Below are positions 1-8,847 of a DNA stretch of 20,000 nt, piece after piece (position 1 is the stretch's first letter; the number at the start of each line of letters is the position of its first letter). The position numbers and the translations under genes are program-made. The DNA is taken from the sequence record DRR723986_8739; one strand, written 5' to 3'. Under the pieces are notes generated by a model. It was not told the origin of the DNA, ran no database searches, and saw only the letters and a program-made list of their open reading frames with translations.

Positions 1-2465
1 GGGTTAGGGGATATAAGGTATCTGACTTCCATCACATATTTATTATATACAATCCCTCCATAAGGCTCTGGATTAGCTGTACCTCTACTATCTCTACCAG
101 GAGTAATCGATTGATCCTCGTAGCCACGTAGGCCGATGATTTCTTGTCCTAGCGCAAAGTTGTTCATAGACATACCATTTCCACCCATCACGAATCTTTC
201 CAAAGGAATAACGCCTATCTTTTGGCTGTATGATCCAAGAAAGCCCATGTGAGCTCTTGCACTGGCTACTAACTTGTTTGAGCCAAAAAGAGGGGTGTAT
301 ATAGATGCGTCAAACATCCATTTATGATATTCCAACCACTTATATTTTTCCTGGTCGGTGGATTCTTCATCAATATTTTTATTCAAAGAAGAATACGGAG
401 GCGTGAAAGCTGTAGAGAGGATAATATTGGATCCAAATCTAGGGTATGTTGGATTGTCCAAGTTATACCTTGCAATTGTAGTATTCCAAGTAATACTGTT
501 AGATGTACCAGTTGGGTAGCTCAAACCAAAGGAGGTACCGAATTGATCAAACTCATAAATTTGGAACTGTAAGGAATTACTTATGCTAAAGTTATCATCC
601 GGCCAGGTAACTCGCTTGGCTAGACCTAGCGTTACTCCTGTAATTTTGAAGAAGCCTAATTCATCTCCGAAACTGGCCTGATTATAAAAATCTACTTGGC
701 GCTGTACAGAATGGTTAAATGAGAAGCTTAATGCATTTGGCTTTTTGCCACCGAACCAAGGTTCTGTCAAGGATACTGAATAGTTCTGGAAGGAACGACC
801 GTTGGCCTGCACTCTAAGTGATAGCTTTTGACCATCTCCTACGGGAAGTGGATCCCACTTAGAGAAGTCTTTTATGTTTCTGATCGAGAAATTGTTAAAT
901 GAAAGGCCGACTGTTCCTACGAATCCGTAGAAACCGCCCCATCCGCCTGATAGCTCAATCTGGTCATTTGGTCTTTCCTCCAATTCGAATGTAATATCAA
1001 CAGTCGCTGCTTCGAAGTTTGGTCTTAGATCAGGATTGATTTTCTCTGGGTCAAAATAACCTAAAGTAGAAAGTTCACGAATGGTACGAACCAGAAGTTC
1101 TCTGTTGAACTTTTGACCTGGAAGAATACGGATTTCACGCATGACGACATGATCAGACGTACGCTCATTTCCACTGATATTTACACTGTTTACAGTTACT
1201 TGAGGTCCTTCAAAAATCCTCATTTCCAAATCAATGGAGTCTGCAAATACATTTACCTCAACTGGGTCAATCTGAAAGAAAAGATATCCGTCATTCTGGT
1301 AAAGGGAACTAACATCATCCCCCTTAGTTGGGTCGTAGTTTAGTCTTTTATCAAGCTTTTCCTTATCGTAAACATCACCTTTTTGGATACCTAGTTTGGC
1401 TAAAAGGACTTGGTCTGGATGAATGAAGTTGCCGTTGAAAGTAATATTTCTATAGTAGTACTTTTTGCCTTCTTCCAGCGCGATGTCAATGTTTATTTTA
1501 TCTTCACCAAAGTTGTAGATAGAATCTGCGACAATTTTAGCATCTCGATAACCTCTACTTTGATAGAAATTAATGACATTATCTTTGTCGTTTCTGTATT
1601 CCTTAGGAATGTACTTTGAGCCGTTAAAGAAATTAAGTTTGAAGTTTTTGTTGATGTATTCCTTTACATCGTCTTGAGATGCAGAATCTGTGTAAAGTAT
1701 TGTGTTCTTAATATCTTCTGCTGAAGCATTTGTCAACCGGGAATATCCATCTTTAAAAACGCTTACTCGTGCGTGTTCTTTGGTTTTTTTAAGCTTCTTT
1801 TTGAGTTTAGTATCATTCAGTTCCTCATTGCCATAGAACTCAATCGCGTTGATTTTAACTTTAGAGTTTTGCTGAACGTCGAAAATTAATTTAACTGAAT
1901 TAGGTAGAGTGGTGTCTCTTTCTTGTTTGATTTTAACATCCGCGTTCATGAAACCTTTGTCCAAATAATATTTTTCAATATTTCTTTTGGCATTATTCAG
2001 AACATCATCTCTAACGACACGTCCACGGATATTTACTTTGTCGCGAAGCTCACTTTCCTGAGTTTTATTCATTCCGGTAAATTCTACTCTTGAGAATCTA
2101 GGTCGCTCAGTCAAATCAAGAAGTAGCGAAATGTCATTTCCTTCTATTTTGGTCACTAAGATTTTTACATCCCCAATGATTCCTTGCCCCCAAAGCTTTT
2201 TCAACGCATTAGAGATAGCATCTCCCGGTACCTCGATTTCATCATCTACTTTCAATCCTGATAAGGAAAGAATGGCGATTTCATCCAAGGTGGTAAGACC
2301 TACAGCTTTTATTTCTGCGATTCTATAGGTTTGAGGCTTAGCGTAGTTCAGCTCCAAAATATCGATTGGCTTGCTTGTGGCATAGCGACTTTGGCCCAAA
2401 CGTATTTGCGCCATTGCTGAACTTGCCCAAACCAGACAAAACAGAATCAGTAAACTTTTTTTCAT
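1..2465 (-). CDS. bamA: Outer membrane protein assembly factor BamA (Omp85/YaeT); 3' end lies outside the window
   Basis: Not in the ORF track because there is no stop codon in the window. Manual translation from ATG at 2465 gives the signal peptide MKKSLLILFCLVWASSAMAQ and POTRA-like segments (LSGLKVDDEIEVPGDAISNALKKLWGQG). The barrel start EERPNDQIELSGGWGG (~960) and the loop-6 motif IGLRGYED (~120) are in the same frame. Lies directly downstream of uppS, as is typical in Bacteroidota. Confidence 0.95.
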   Translation of the reverse strand, partial: MKKSLLILFCLVWASSAMAQIRLGQSRYATSKPIDILELNYAKPQTYRIAEIKAVGLTTLDEIAILSLSGLKVDDEIEVPGDAISNALKKLWGQGIIGDVKILVTKIEGNDISLLLDLTERPRFSRVEFTGMNKTQESELRDKVNIRGRVVRDDVLNNAKRNIEKYYLDKGFMNADVKIKQERDTTLPNSVKLIFDVQQNSKVKINAIEFYGNEELNDTKLKKKLKKTKEHARVSVFKDGYSRLTNASAEDIKNTILYTDSASQDDVKEYINKNFKLNFFNGSKYIPKEYRNDKDNVINFYQSRGYRDAKIVADSIYNFGEDKINIDIALEEGKKYYYRNITFNGNFIHPDQVLLAKLGIQKGDVYDKEKLDKRLNYDPTKGDDVSSLYQNDGYLFFQIDPVEVNVFADSIDLEMRIFEGPQVTVNSVNISGNERTSDHVVMREIRILPGQKFNRELLVRTIRELSTLGYFDPEKINPDLRPNFEAATVDITFELEERPNDQIELSGGWGGFYGFVGTVGLSFNNFSIRNIKDFSKWDPLPVGDGQKLSLRVQANGRSFQNYSVSLTEPWFGGKKPNALSFSFNHSVQRQVDFYNQASFGDELGFFKITGVTLGLAKRVTWPDDNFSISNSLQFQIYEFDQFGTSFGLSYPTGTSNSITWNTTIARYNLDNPTYPRFGSNIILSTAFTPPYSSLNKNIDEESTDQEKYKWLEYHKWMFDASIYTPLFGSNKLVASARAHMGFLGSYSQKIGVIPLERFVMGGNGMSMNNFALGQEIIGLRGYEDQSITPGRDSRGTANPEPYGGIVYNKYVMEVRYLISPN

Positions 2466-2472
2466 TAATTAC

Positions 2473-3210
2473 TTAAGATTTAACTTGCTCACCCGTTTTG
2501 CCAAATCTCCTCTCCCGTGATTGGAAGTCGGAGACCGCAGCAAAGAGATGCTCTCTTCTAAAATCCGGCCATAATACAGGTGTAAAATACAACTCTGTAT
2601 AAGCCAATTGCCAAAGTAGAAAATTGCTTATTCGGTATTCCCCGCTAGTTCTGATCATTAATTCTGGATCAGGATAGGCAGTTGTTTCCAAATGCTCAGC
2701 CATTACTTTTTGTGTAATGTCCTCCACATTCAATTTTCCTTCTGAGACTTTTTGAGCAATGTGTTTAGCGGCATGAGTGAGCTCCCAGTGACCACTGTAG
2801 CTTAACGCCAAGATCACTTTGAGGCCTGTATTTTTAGAGGTGATTTCCTTTACTCTCATCAGCGTTTTGTATGCTGAGGGTGGTAAACTTTCTACATCTC
2901 CAATACTTTCTAATTTGAAGTTGCCATTCATCAGCATAGGGATCTCATCGGACATGGTCTTCACCAATAGCTCCATCAATCCATCGACTTCAGCTTTTGG
3001 TCTGGACCAGTTCTCAGTAGAAAAAGAGAATAAGGTCAGGTATTTGACTCCTAAACTATCTGCTCCTTCTATAGCTTCTCTTACTGCCTTAGTGGCGTTC
3101 TTATGCCCAAATATCCGCATAGCGCCTTTTTTAGTGGCCCAGCGTCCATTGCCGTCCATGATAATAGCAATATGCTTTGGGATGTTGTTATTTTCAGATA
3201 CTTCCTTCAT
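2473..3210 (-). CDS. uppS: Undecaprenyl diphosphate synthase (cis-isoprenyl transferase)
   Basis: Motifs IPKHIAIIMDGNGRWA, FSTENWSRP, IRTSGEYRISNFLLWQ and RERRFG. Start reassigned to ATG at 3210 (MKEVSENNN, 245 aa), because the ORF-track extension to 3360 overlaps the upstream gene. Confidence 0.95.
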   Translation of the reverse strand: MKEVSENNNIPKHIAIIMDGNGRWATKKGAMRIFGHKNATKAVREAIEGADSLGVKYLTLFSFSTENWSRPKAEVDGLMELLVKTMSDEIPMLMNGNFKLESIGDVESLPPSAYKTLMRVKEITSKNTGLKVILALSYSGHWELTHAAKHIAQKVSEGKLNVEDITQKVMAEHLETTAYPDPELMIRTSGEYRISNFLLWQLAYTELYFTPVLWPDFRREHLFAAVSDFQSRERRFGKTGEQVKS

Positions 3211-3293
3211 TCCAGCCGTCTCCGGTTCCTTACTTTTTTGGAGGTACAAAAATGCCATTTCTTTTCCAAATATTAGCCCTAGGGCTCGATTTA

Positions 3294-4043
3294 TTAATAT
3301 GCGTAGCATTTGGTAGTCGTGATAGTATAGCTGATCGTTACGCCTAAGAAGTAGTACCAATCCTTATCGTAAGCATTACCAAAGTTAATTCCATAGGGTT
3401 GATCTGGGTTATCAGGATCAGGAAACCTGGGAATTGTTGGTTCTTTACTATCTATTTTGTCTAGGTAGTCTGTAAAGGTAGGCCGAAAGCCTAATTCTGC
3501 GGCTAATGTCCATCGTTCATCAATCTGGTACTTGACTCCTCCTCCAAAAGGAATGACTACTGTACCCAAATTATATCTTGAGGATACATTATATTGGAAA
3601 GTATTTCCTTTTGCGAAAACAAATGTATAGCCAACACCAAAGAAAGCATATGGTGAGAAGCGAAACTCCGAGCTTAGCGACAGATAATCAAGGAAGTTAA
3701 ATTCCATTACTGCAGAAAACTCCAATACCCCAGCTCTAAACCTGCCGTCCCTAATGTATGCTAATTGATCTATAGGTTTAATACTATCTGCTCCATATAG
3801 GAACGCAGCATTTCCCCCCGCTCTAAGCGACCACACATTGTCAAAATTTCTCCTGCCAAACAACGTGACTTGGGACCCTAATTGGCCCGGGTCAATTTTC
3901 CTGATGATGTCACCTGAATAAGCAGCGACTCCTACCCCTCCTCCTATATCGTATTTCTGTGCGCTGATTTCTCCGTTAAGCCCGAAGAAAAGAAGCAAGA
4001 GTACAAGTAAGTAGTTGGAAATCTGAAAATTGACCTTTTTCAA
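3294..4043 (-). CDS. Outer-membrane beta-barrel protein, DUF6089 / PorG-PorT-like family
   Basis: Signal-peptide-like YLLVLLLLFFGLNGEISAQ, followed by GGGVGVAAYSGD, IPFGGGVKY, ELGFRPTFTDYLD and DWYYFLGVTISY. Position between nadK and uppS is typical in Bacteroidota. Start is uncertain (TTG 4043 chosen; ATG 4085 and TTG 4121 are alternatives). Confidence 0.75.
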   Translation of the reverse strand: MKKVNFQISNYLLVLLLLFFGLNGEISAQKYDIGGGVGVAAYSGDIIRKIDPGQLGSQVTLFGRRNFDNVWSLRAGGNAAFLYGADSIKPIDQLAYIRDGRFRAGVLEFSAVMEFNFLDYLSLSSEFRFSPYAFFGVGYTFVFAKGNTFQYNVSSRYNLGTVVIPFGGGVKYQIDERWTLAAELGFRPTFTDYLDKIDSKEPTIPRFPDPDNPDQPYGINFGNAYDKDWYYFLGVTISYTITTTKCYAY

Positions 4044-4147
4044 GACGCTGCAAGATATGAAGTACCTAACGTTTAAAAAACGCATCTCAGTATTTAGCGG
4101 GTTAATAATTGTTAAGCTCAAATTGACTTGGTCTTAAAGACATTGAT

Positions 4148-5023
4148 TCAATTTCTCATGTCAAAACCCCAATTCAGCTTTTGTCTTAATGTGTCAAAGA
4201 AATGATAATGAGGCAACTTTACCAATTTTGCTGAAAACTTTTCCTTCTTAACACTAAGCTTCACTTCCGAGGAAATTGACGTTGATCGTGAGTCCAAAGA
4301 TATTAAGAATTTTTCGGCCCTTCCCTCTATTTCAAAACTGATCTCACTTTCATCAGAAACAATGATTGGGCGCACATTTAAATTATGTGGACTTACTGGA
4401 GTAATCACTAGGTTTTTTGCCTCAGGTGAGATTAATGGCCCTCCGCAACTTAAAGAATAGCCTGTAGATCCAGTTGGGGTAGAGACGATCAATCCATCCG
4501 CCCAATAACTGTTCAAATATTTGCCATCAATGTACGTATGAACTGTGATCATGGATGAGGTGTCCCGCTTATGAATAGTAAATTCATTCAAGCCAAAATT
4601 TAACCCATTAAATAATTTCCGATGACTTTCCAGAGAGATTAAGGTCCGGGTTTCCAATTGGAAATTACCCGTAGCCAAATCAGCTATGGCATCTGAAATT
4701 TTTTCTGTCGCTACTGTAGCTAAAAATCCAAGTCTTCCTGTATTCAGGCCTAAGATGGGAACTTCAAGATCACCTACTTGGGTAACTGCGTCTAGCAACG
4801 TGCCGTCTCCACCTATGGAAATCATAAAATCCATAGCAGCCATGTCCTCTCTGCTTTCGAGTACCCAATAGTTTAAGACATTGTTGCCATGCATACGAAG
4901 CTGCCGATCAAATTGCTCAGTGGCGAAAATCTCGAATTGATGCTTGGTGAGTTCGTTAAAAAGTGACTGAACGTCTGAAAATAATTCTGTTTTCAGAGCT
5001 AAGCCATGAAGGGCGACTTTCAT
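4148..5023 (-). CDS. nadK: NAD kinase
   Basis: Signature motifs IGGDGTLL, NTGRLGFL, LNE and ADGLIVSTPTGSTGYSLSCGGP. Confidence 0.96.
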   Translation of the reverse strand: MKVALHGLALKTELFSDVQSLFNELTKHQFEIFATEQFDRQLRMHGNNVLNYWVLESREDMAAMDFMISIGGDGTLLDAVTQVGDLEVPILGLNTGRLGFLATVATEKISDAIADLATGNFQLETRTLISLESHRKLFNGLNFGLNEFTIHKRDTSSMITVHTYIDGKYLNSYWADGLIVSTPTGSTGYSLSCGGPLISPEAKNLVITPVSPHNLNVRPIIVSDESEISFEIEGRAEKFLISLDSRSTSISSEVKLSVKKEKFSAKLVKLPHYHFFDTLRQKLNWGFDMRN

Positions 5024-5026
5024 GTC

Positions 5027-5692
5027 CTAAATATCTAAAAATCTTAACAAGTTACCGATTCTGTCTTCTTCCCCGCTTACACCTGACTCTTCTTGATAAT
5101 GATCGATGATTTTATAGCCAAATCTTTCAAGCGTTGCTTTTATATGTCTCAACTCTGTTTGATCAAGTTTCAAAGTGAGCTTGATCTTGCTGTCATCTAA
5201 AGGGTCTGTTGTGATAAAAGAACTTAGAATCTTAGTGTTCTCAGATTCGATAATTCGAGATATTTCTGCTAAACTATAATCAGTCATTGCAAGAGAGAGG
5301 ATTACAACACTCCCTTGTGATTTGATGGAAAGACTATCTGCGAATGCAGAAATAGAATCTTCCATAGTTACAATGCCAAGGTAATTTGATTCTCTGTCTA
5401 AAACAGCTACAATATTTGAATTTTGCTCTGAGCTAACGCGCAAAACATCATAAATATGCTTGTCGGAATATACCCAGCAATTCGGATTGGAAGGTTGGAT
5501 ATCAGAGATTAAAGTTTCTGGATTGTTAACCTCAAAAATTGTTTCTTCTTTAATGAGGCCTAAAAAAACTCCTTTATCAATAATTGGAAGTACGTCAGTT
5601 CTGATTTCTTCCATCCATGCTAATGCCATTCCTGTTTTATCAGAAAGCTTCAGGGGTGGGATCAGATTGTTGATGTATTCGTAGGCGTGCAT
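5027..5692 (-). CDS. CBS-pair protein with C-terminal ACT-like domain (AcuB-like architecture)
   Basis: CBS-like segments (LPIIDKGVFLGLI; VAVLDRESNYLGIVT) and an ACT-like C-terminus (YSLAEISRIIESENTKILSS...TLERFGYKI). Ends 3 nt before the nadK start. Confidence 0.8.
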   Translation of the reverse strand: MHAYEYINNLIPPLKLSDKTGMALAWMEEIRTDVLPIIDKGVFLGLIKEETIFEVNNPETLISDIQPSNPNCWVYSDKHIYDVLRVSSEQNSNIVAVLDRESNYLGIVTMEDSISAFADSLSIKSQGSVVILSLAMTDYSLAEISRIIESENTKILSSFITTDPLDDSKIKLTLKLDQTELRHIKATLERFGYKIIDHYQEESGVSGEEDRIGNLLRFLDI

Positions 5693-5784
5693 AAAAGAAA
5701 GATAGGGAATGAATTTAGATTATGAAACGCCTGAACCCCTATTCTTGTTCCTTTTTAGCGAAATTAGCGATGGTTTCTTTAGTA

Positions 5785-6984
5785 TTACAAAAGGAAATAA
5801 TTATAAATTATCCCTAAAACCACACCACCTGCGATGATTATGGGCGATGAGATTTTGGTAAACTGTAGCAATACATAGGTGGCCAGGATAAAAAGAATAT
5901 TTAGGCCGTTTGCCTCCATAGGCTCAAAAAGTAAGTAGGCTGCTGCAATTAACATCCCACACGAAACAGCGTTGATTCCTTCCAATGCCGCTCTTACTGG
6001 GCGGTATTTTTTTAATTGATCCCAAAATCTGATGACAAAGAATATTAGGAAAATCCCAGGAAGAAAAATTCCTGCCGCTGCGATAAATCCTCCCATAAAA
6101 AAACCAGCAGTTCCAAATTCTTTCATCGATAATGCACCTACGTAGGAAGAAATGCTGAAAGTTGGTCCTGGAATACCTTGGGAAATTGCATACCCGGTAA
6201 GGAATTCCTCCGAGCTGAGAAAATGCTTAAAGTCAACAAATTCTGTGTATAAATAGGGGACAAGGACTTGGCCTCCGCCGAAGATCAAACTTCCGTTACG
6301 ATAGAAATTCTCGAAAAGTATCAGAGGTTGATATTTAGTAACAGCACCCAGTCCAGCTGCCGCTATCAAAACTCCCGCCCATAGGTAGAAGTTAGCCCAT
6401 TCAATTTTCAGAGGAGCATCTTTCTCAAGCTTGGGTTGCTGTTTGTATTTGATGGAAGTGCTCAGACCACCAATAATTAATAGAACTGGGAAAATATAAG
6501 GTGAACTATAGAAAAATGAAACAAAAGCTGAAATCAAAACCAGTACCATTGCCTCGGTAGTTTTGATTGTTTTACCAATTATTTTTTGCGCAGCAAAAAT
6601 GATAAAACCAATTGCCATAGGCTGAATAAACCGTGCAAAATCCAATGCTCCTGGTGTATTTTCCTGAAGAAAATAGATGAGCATTGCAGCAAAAATCATG
6701 AGAAGTGTTGCTGGTAAAATCCAAACTAGCAATGCGAGGTAGGCTAAATTCGGTCCTCCCACACGATAGGCAATCGCACAAACCAATTGTGTGGAAGATG
6801 GACCTGGGAGCATATTGCACAGTGCATTAAGCTCCCAAAGTTCATCTTCCAGAATGTAGGCTCTACGTTTTACCATACGCTCCAGCAACATCGCAAGAAA
6901 GGCCTGAGGGCCTCCAAAGGCTGTAAGAGAAAGCGTGATAGTGTCTTTCAAAAATACATAGTATCGGACTTTCTTTACCGACAT
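5785..6984 (-). CDS. chrA: Long-chain chromate ion transporter (CHR family)
   Basis: Two homologous halves, each carrying the CHR motifs: AFGGP...LCNMLPGPSSTQ and IFGGGQVL...AISQGIPGPTFS. Multiple hydrophobic helices. Confidence 0.9.
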   Translation of the reverse strand: MSVKKVRYYVFLKDTITLSLTAFGGPQAFLAMLLERMVKRRAYILEDELWELNALCNMLPGPSSTQLVCAIAYRVGGPNLAYLALLVWILPATLLMIFAAMLIYFLQENTPGALDFARFIQPMAIGFIIFAAQKIIGKTIKTTEAMVLVLISAFVSFFYSSPYIFPVLLIIGGLSTSIKYKQQPKLEKDAPLKIEWANFYLWAGVLIAAAGLGAVTKYQPLILFENFYRNGSLIFGGGQVLVPYLYTEFVDFKHFLSSEEFLTGYAISQGIPGPTFSISSYVGALSMKEFGTAGFFMGGFIAAAGIFLPGIFLIFFVIRFWDQLKKYRPVRAALEGINAVSCGMLIAAAYLLFEPMEANGLNILFILATYVLLQFTKISSPIIIAGGVVLGIIYNYFLL

Positions 6985-6987
6985 CCC

Positions 6988-7965
6988 TTATTTTCTCAGT
7001 CCCAGTTCGCGAAGTCTTTCTTCTAGGAATTCTCCTGCGGTAGCATCTTCAAACTGTTTTGGGTGGTCTGAATCGACACAGCTTTCCAGACAAGTAAGAT
7101 CCATTTCAGATCTTGGGTGCATAAAGAAAGGAATGGAATACCTACTTGTGTTCATTTTTTCCCGAGGTGGGTTGACCACGCGGTGGATGGTAGATTTCAA
7201 TTTTTTATTGGTTAGTCTTTCCAGCATATCACCTACATTCACTACGAGTTGGTCAGGCAGGGCAGTAATTGGTATCCATTTTCCATCCATACGCTTTACT
7301 TGAAGTCCATCAGCACTTGCTCCCATTAGCAAAGTAATCAAGTTAATATCGCCATGTTCGGCAGCTCTTACGGCATCGGCAGGTACCTCATCGGGGTTTT
7401 CAATTGGGAAATAATGGATTTGCCTCAAAATTGAATTTCCATAAGCAACCTTGTCTTCAAAATAATTTTCATTCAACTCCAAAGAAAGCGCAATTGCCTG
7501 AAGCATGGATTTTCCAGCGCTTTCAAGCGTACGGTATGCTTCATTTGCATCATTTTGAAATTCTGGAAGCTCAGTAGGCCAGATGTTTGGAGGATATTCA
7601 GATTTGATAGGGTCAGTGTCGGGAATTCGGCTGAGTTCTTGCCCTACATGATAAAATTCCTTTAAATCTCCAGTATTTCTGCCTTTGGCATGCTCTTTTC
7701 CCTTCCCAGTATAGCCTCGTTGAAATCCGATTTCCGGTTTCTCATATTTGGCTTTAACATTGTCTGGAAGTTTGAAGAAATTTTTGATCGATCCGTAAAG
7801 TCTGTCTTGAAGATCCTGGGATAAGCCATGGTTCTTAATAGCTACAAAACCAATGTTTTGGTATGCTTCCCCAAGCTTTTGTACAAATGCAGCTTTTTGA
7901 GCAGGCGTACCCGCCGTAAAATCAGCTAAATCCAAACTTGGGATCTCATCAAATAGGATGTCCAT
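6988..7965 (-). CDS. 2-oxoglutarate/Fe(II)-dependent dioxygenase, isopenicillin N synthase-like (DIOX_N + 2OG-FeII_Oxy)
   Basis: N-terminal IPSLDL...GFVAIKNHGL, metal triad HGD...IHRVV, NVGDMLERLTN, and the 2OG-binding RYSIPFF motif. Confidence 0.9.
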   Translation of the reverse strand: MDILFDEIPSLDLADFTAGTPAQKAAFVQKLGEAYQNIGFVAIKNHGLSQDLQDRLYGSIKNFFKLPDNVKAKYEKPEIGFQRGYTGKGKEHAKGRNTGDLKEFYHVGQELSRIPDTDPIKSEYPPNIWPTELPEFQNDANEAYRTLESAGKSMLQAIALSLELNENYFEDKVAYGNSILRQIHYFPIENPDEVPADAVRAAEHGDINLITLLMGASADGLQVKRMDGKWIPITALPDQLVVNVGDMLERLTNKKLKSTIHRVVNPPREKMNTSRYSIPFFMHPRSEMDLTCLESCVDSDHPKQFEDATAGEFLEERLRELGLRK

Positions 7966-8040
7966 ATGTTTAATGTATTATAGTTCTATTTCTAATTTAT
8001 CTTTAAAATTAAATATCTTTAATCTCAATTTACACGCTGT

Positions 8041-8808
8041 ATGAATAAAATCCTGACTTTACTCTCATTCATTTGTCTTTTTTCAGCTTGTAGTTCCGAG
8101 AAAGAGAGGGTTAATGAGGAAGTAGTTGAATTACCGAATAGTCAAGGCACAGAAGATGTAGCTACTCCTCAGGTAAAATTCTTTCAATATGAGGGGCAAG
8201 CTGCCTACCCTGATGCAATTCTTGAATTATATACACCTTTAGGAAATCAAATTTTTAAGCCAGGAAAAGTTCCGTTCGAGTTTAATGTCAAAAACTTTCC
8301 TTTCGATCTAAACGAAACTAAGGAATTTAAGCTTTTCAATATTTTAAATGGAGGCGATCCTGCTGGGTTTTATTCTCCGATTTTTCAAAGAGATCTTACA
8401 GAAGGAAGTTACCGGGTCGTCGCTTATTTGGTAGATGAGGAAGGACTTGCTCTGAAAAATTTCGGAAATTATGTTGATAGAGATTTTCAAGTTGGAGACT
8501 CTAGACCTTTTCCATATTCAGCGGAGCCTTATTTGGCTTTGAATTATCCAAGGTCAGATCAGGTTTATGACTCTGGTAGCGAAGTAGTTATTGATTTTTT
8601 GGTGATCGGTGGAGATATGAAACTTGATGGACTTAAAGTCTCTATTCAGCTAAATGATCTAAGCTATGAAATTGATCACATGGCTCCTGTCCGAGTAGAA
8701 AATCTTCCTGTTGGAAATTACCAGGTGAAAGTGAGATTGCTACGATCCGATGGAAAAGAGCTTGACGGACCATTTTCAAGTGTGAGTAAAGACATCATTG
8801 TTCGCTAA
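8041..8808 (+). CDS. Hypothetical lipoprotein with two tandem beta-rich (Ig-like) repeats
   Basis: Signal peptide II with lipobox LFSAC, an acidic linker, and an internal duplication (LTEGSYRVVAYLVDEEG vs LPVGNYQVKVRLLRSDG). Confidence 0.75.
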   Translation: MNKILTLLSFICLFSACSSEKERVNEEVVELPNSQGTEDVATPQVKFFQYEGQAAYPDAILELYTPLGNQIFKPGKVPFEFNVKNFPFDLNETKEFKLFNILNGGDPAGFYSPIFQRDLTEGSYRVVAYLVDEEGLALKNFGNYVDRDFQVGDSRPFPYSAEPYLALNYPRSDQVYDSGSEVVIDFLVIGGDMKLDGLKVSIQLNDLSYEIDHMAPVRVENLPVGNYQVKVRLLRSDGKELDGPFSSVSKDIIVR

Positions 8809-8814
8809 CATGGT

Positions 8815-8822
8815 TATCTTTG
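8815..8822 (+). promoter_or_regulatory. Bacteroidota sigma-A -7 box (TATCTTTG) for serS
   Basis: Exact match to TAnnTTTG, 25 nt upstream of the serS ATG in a 39-nt intergenic gap. Confidence 0.65.
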
Positions 8823-8847
8823 AGACTTCAATTTCAACTATGTTAAA

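Noticed and set aside
324-2328. Short plus-strand ORFs (324-572, 1113-1343, 1410-1619, 2131-2328)
   Set aside because: They are antisense to the continuous bamA frame and have no recognisable motifs.
3211-3360. N-terminal 50-aa extension of UppS in the ORF track
   Set aside because: It overlaps the upstream barrel gene and the intergenic gap. UppS similarity starts just after ATG 3210.
5697-5746. Weak inverted repeat (ATAGGG...CCCTAT) upstream of the CBS gene
   Set aside because: The stem is short with a long loop, insufficient to call a terminator or riboswitch.
6988-7965. Possible beta-lactam or flavonoid biosynthesis suggested by the IPNS-like oxygenase
   Set aside because: There is no ACV synthetase, NRPS, PKS or tailoring gene nearby. 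The fold is widespread and does not indicate the substrate.
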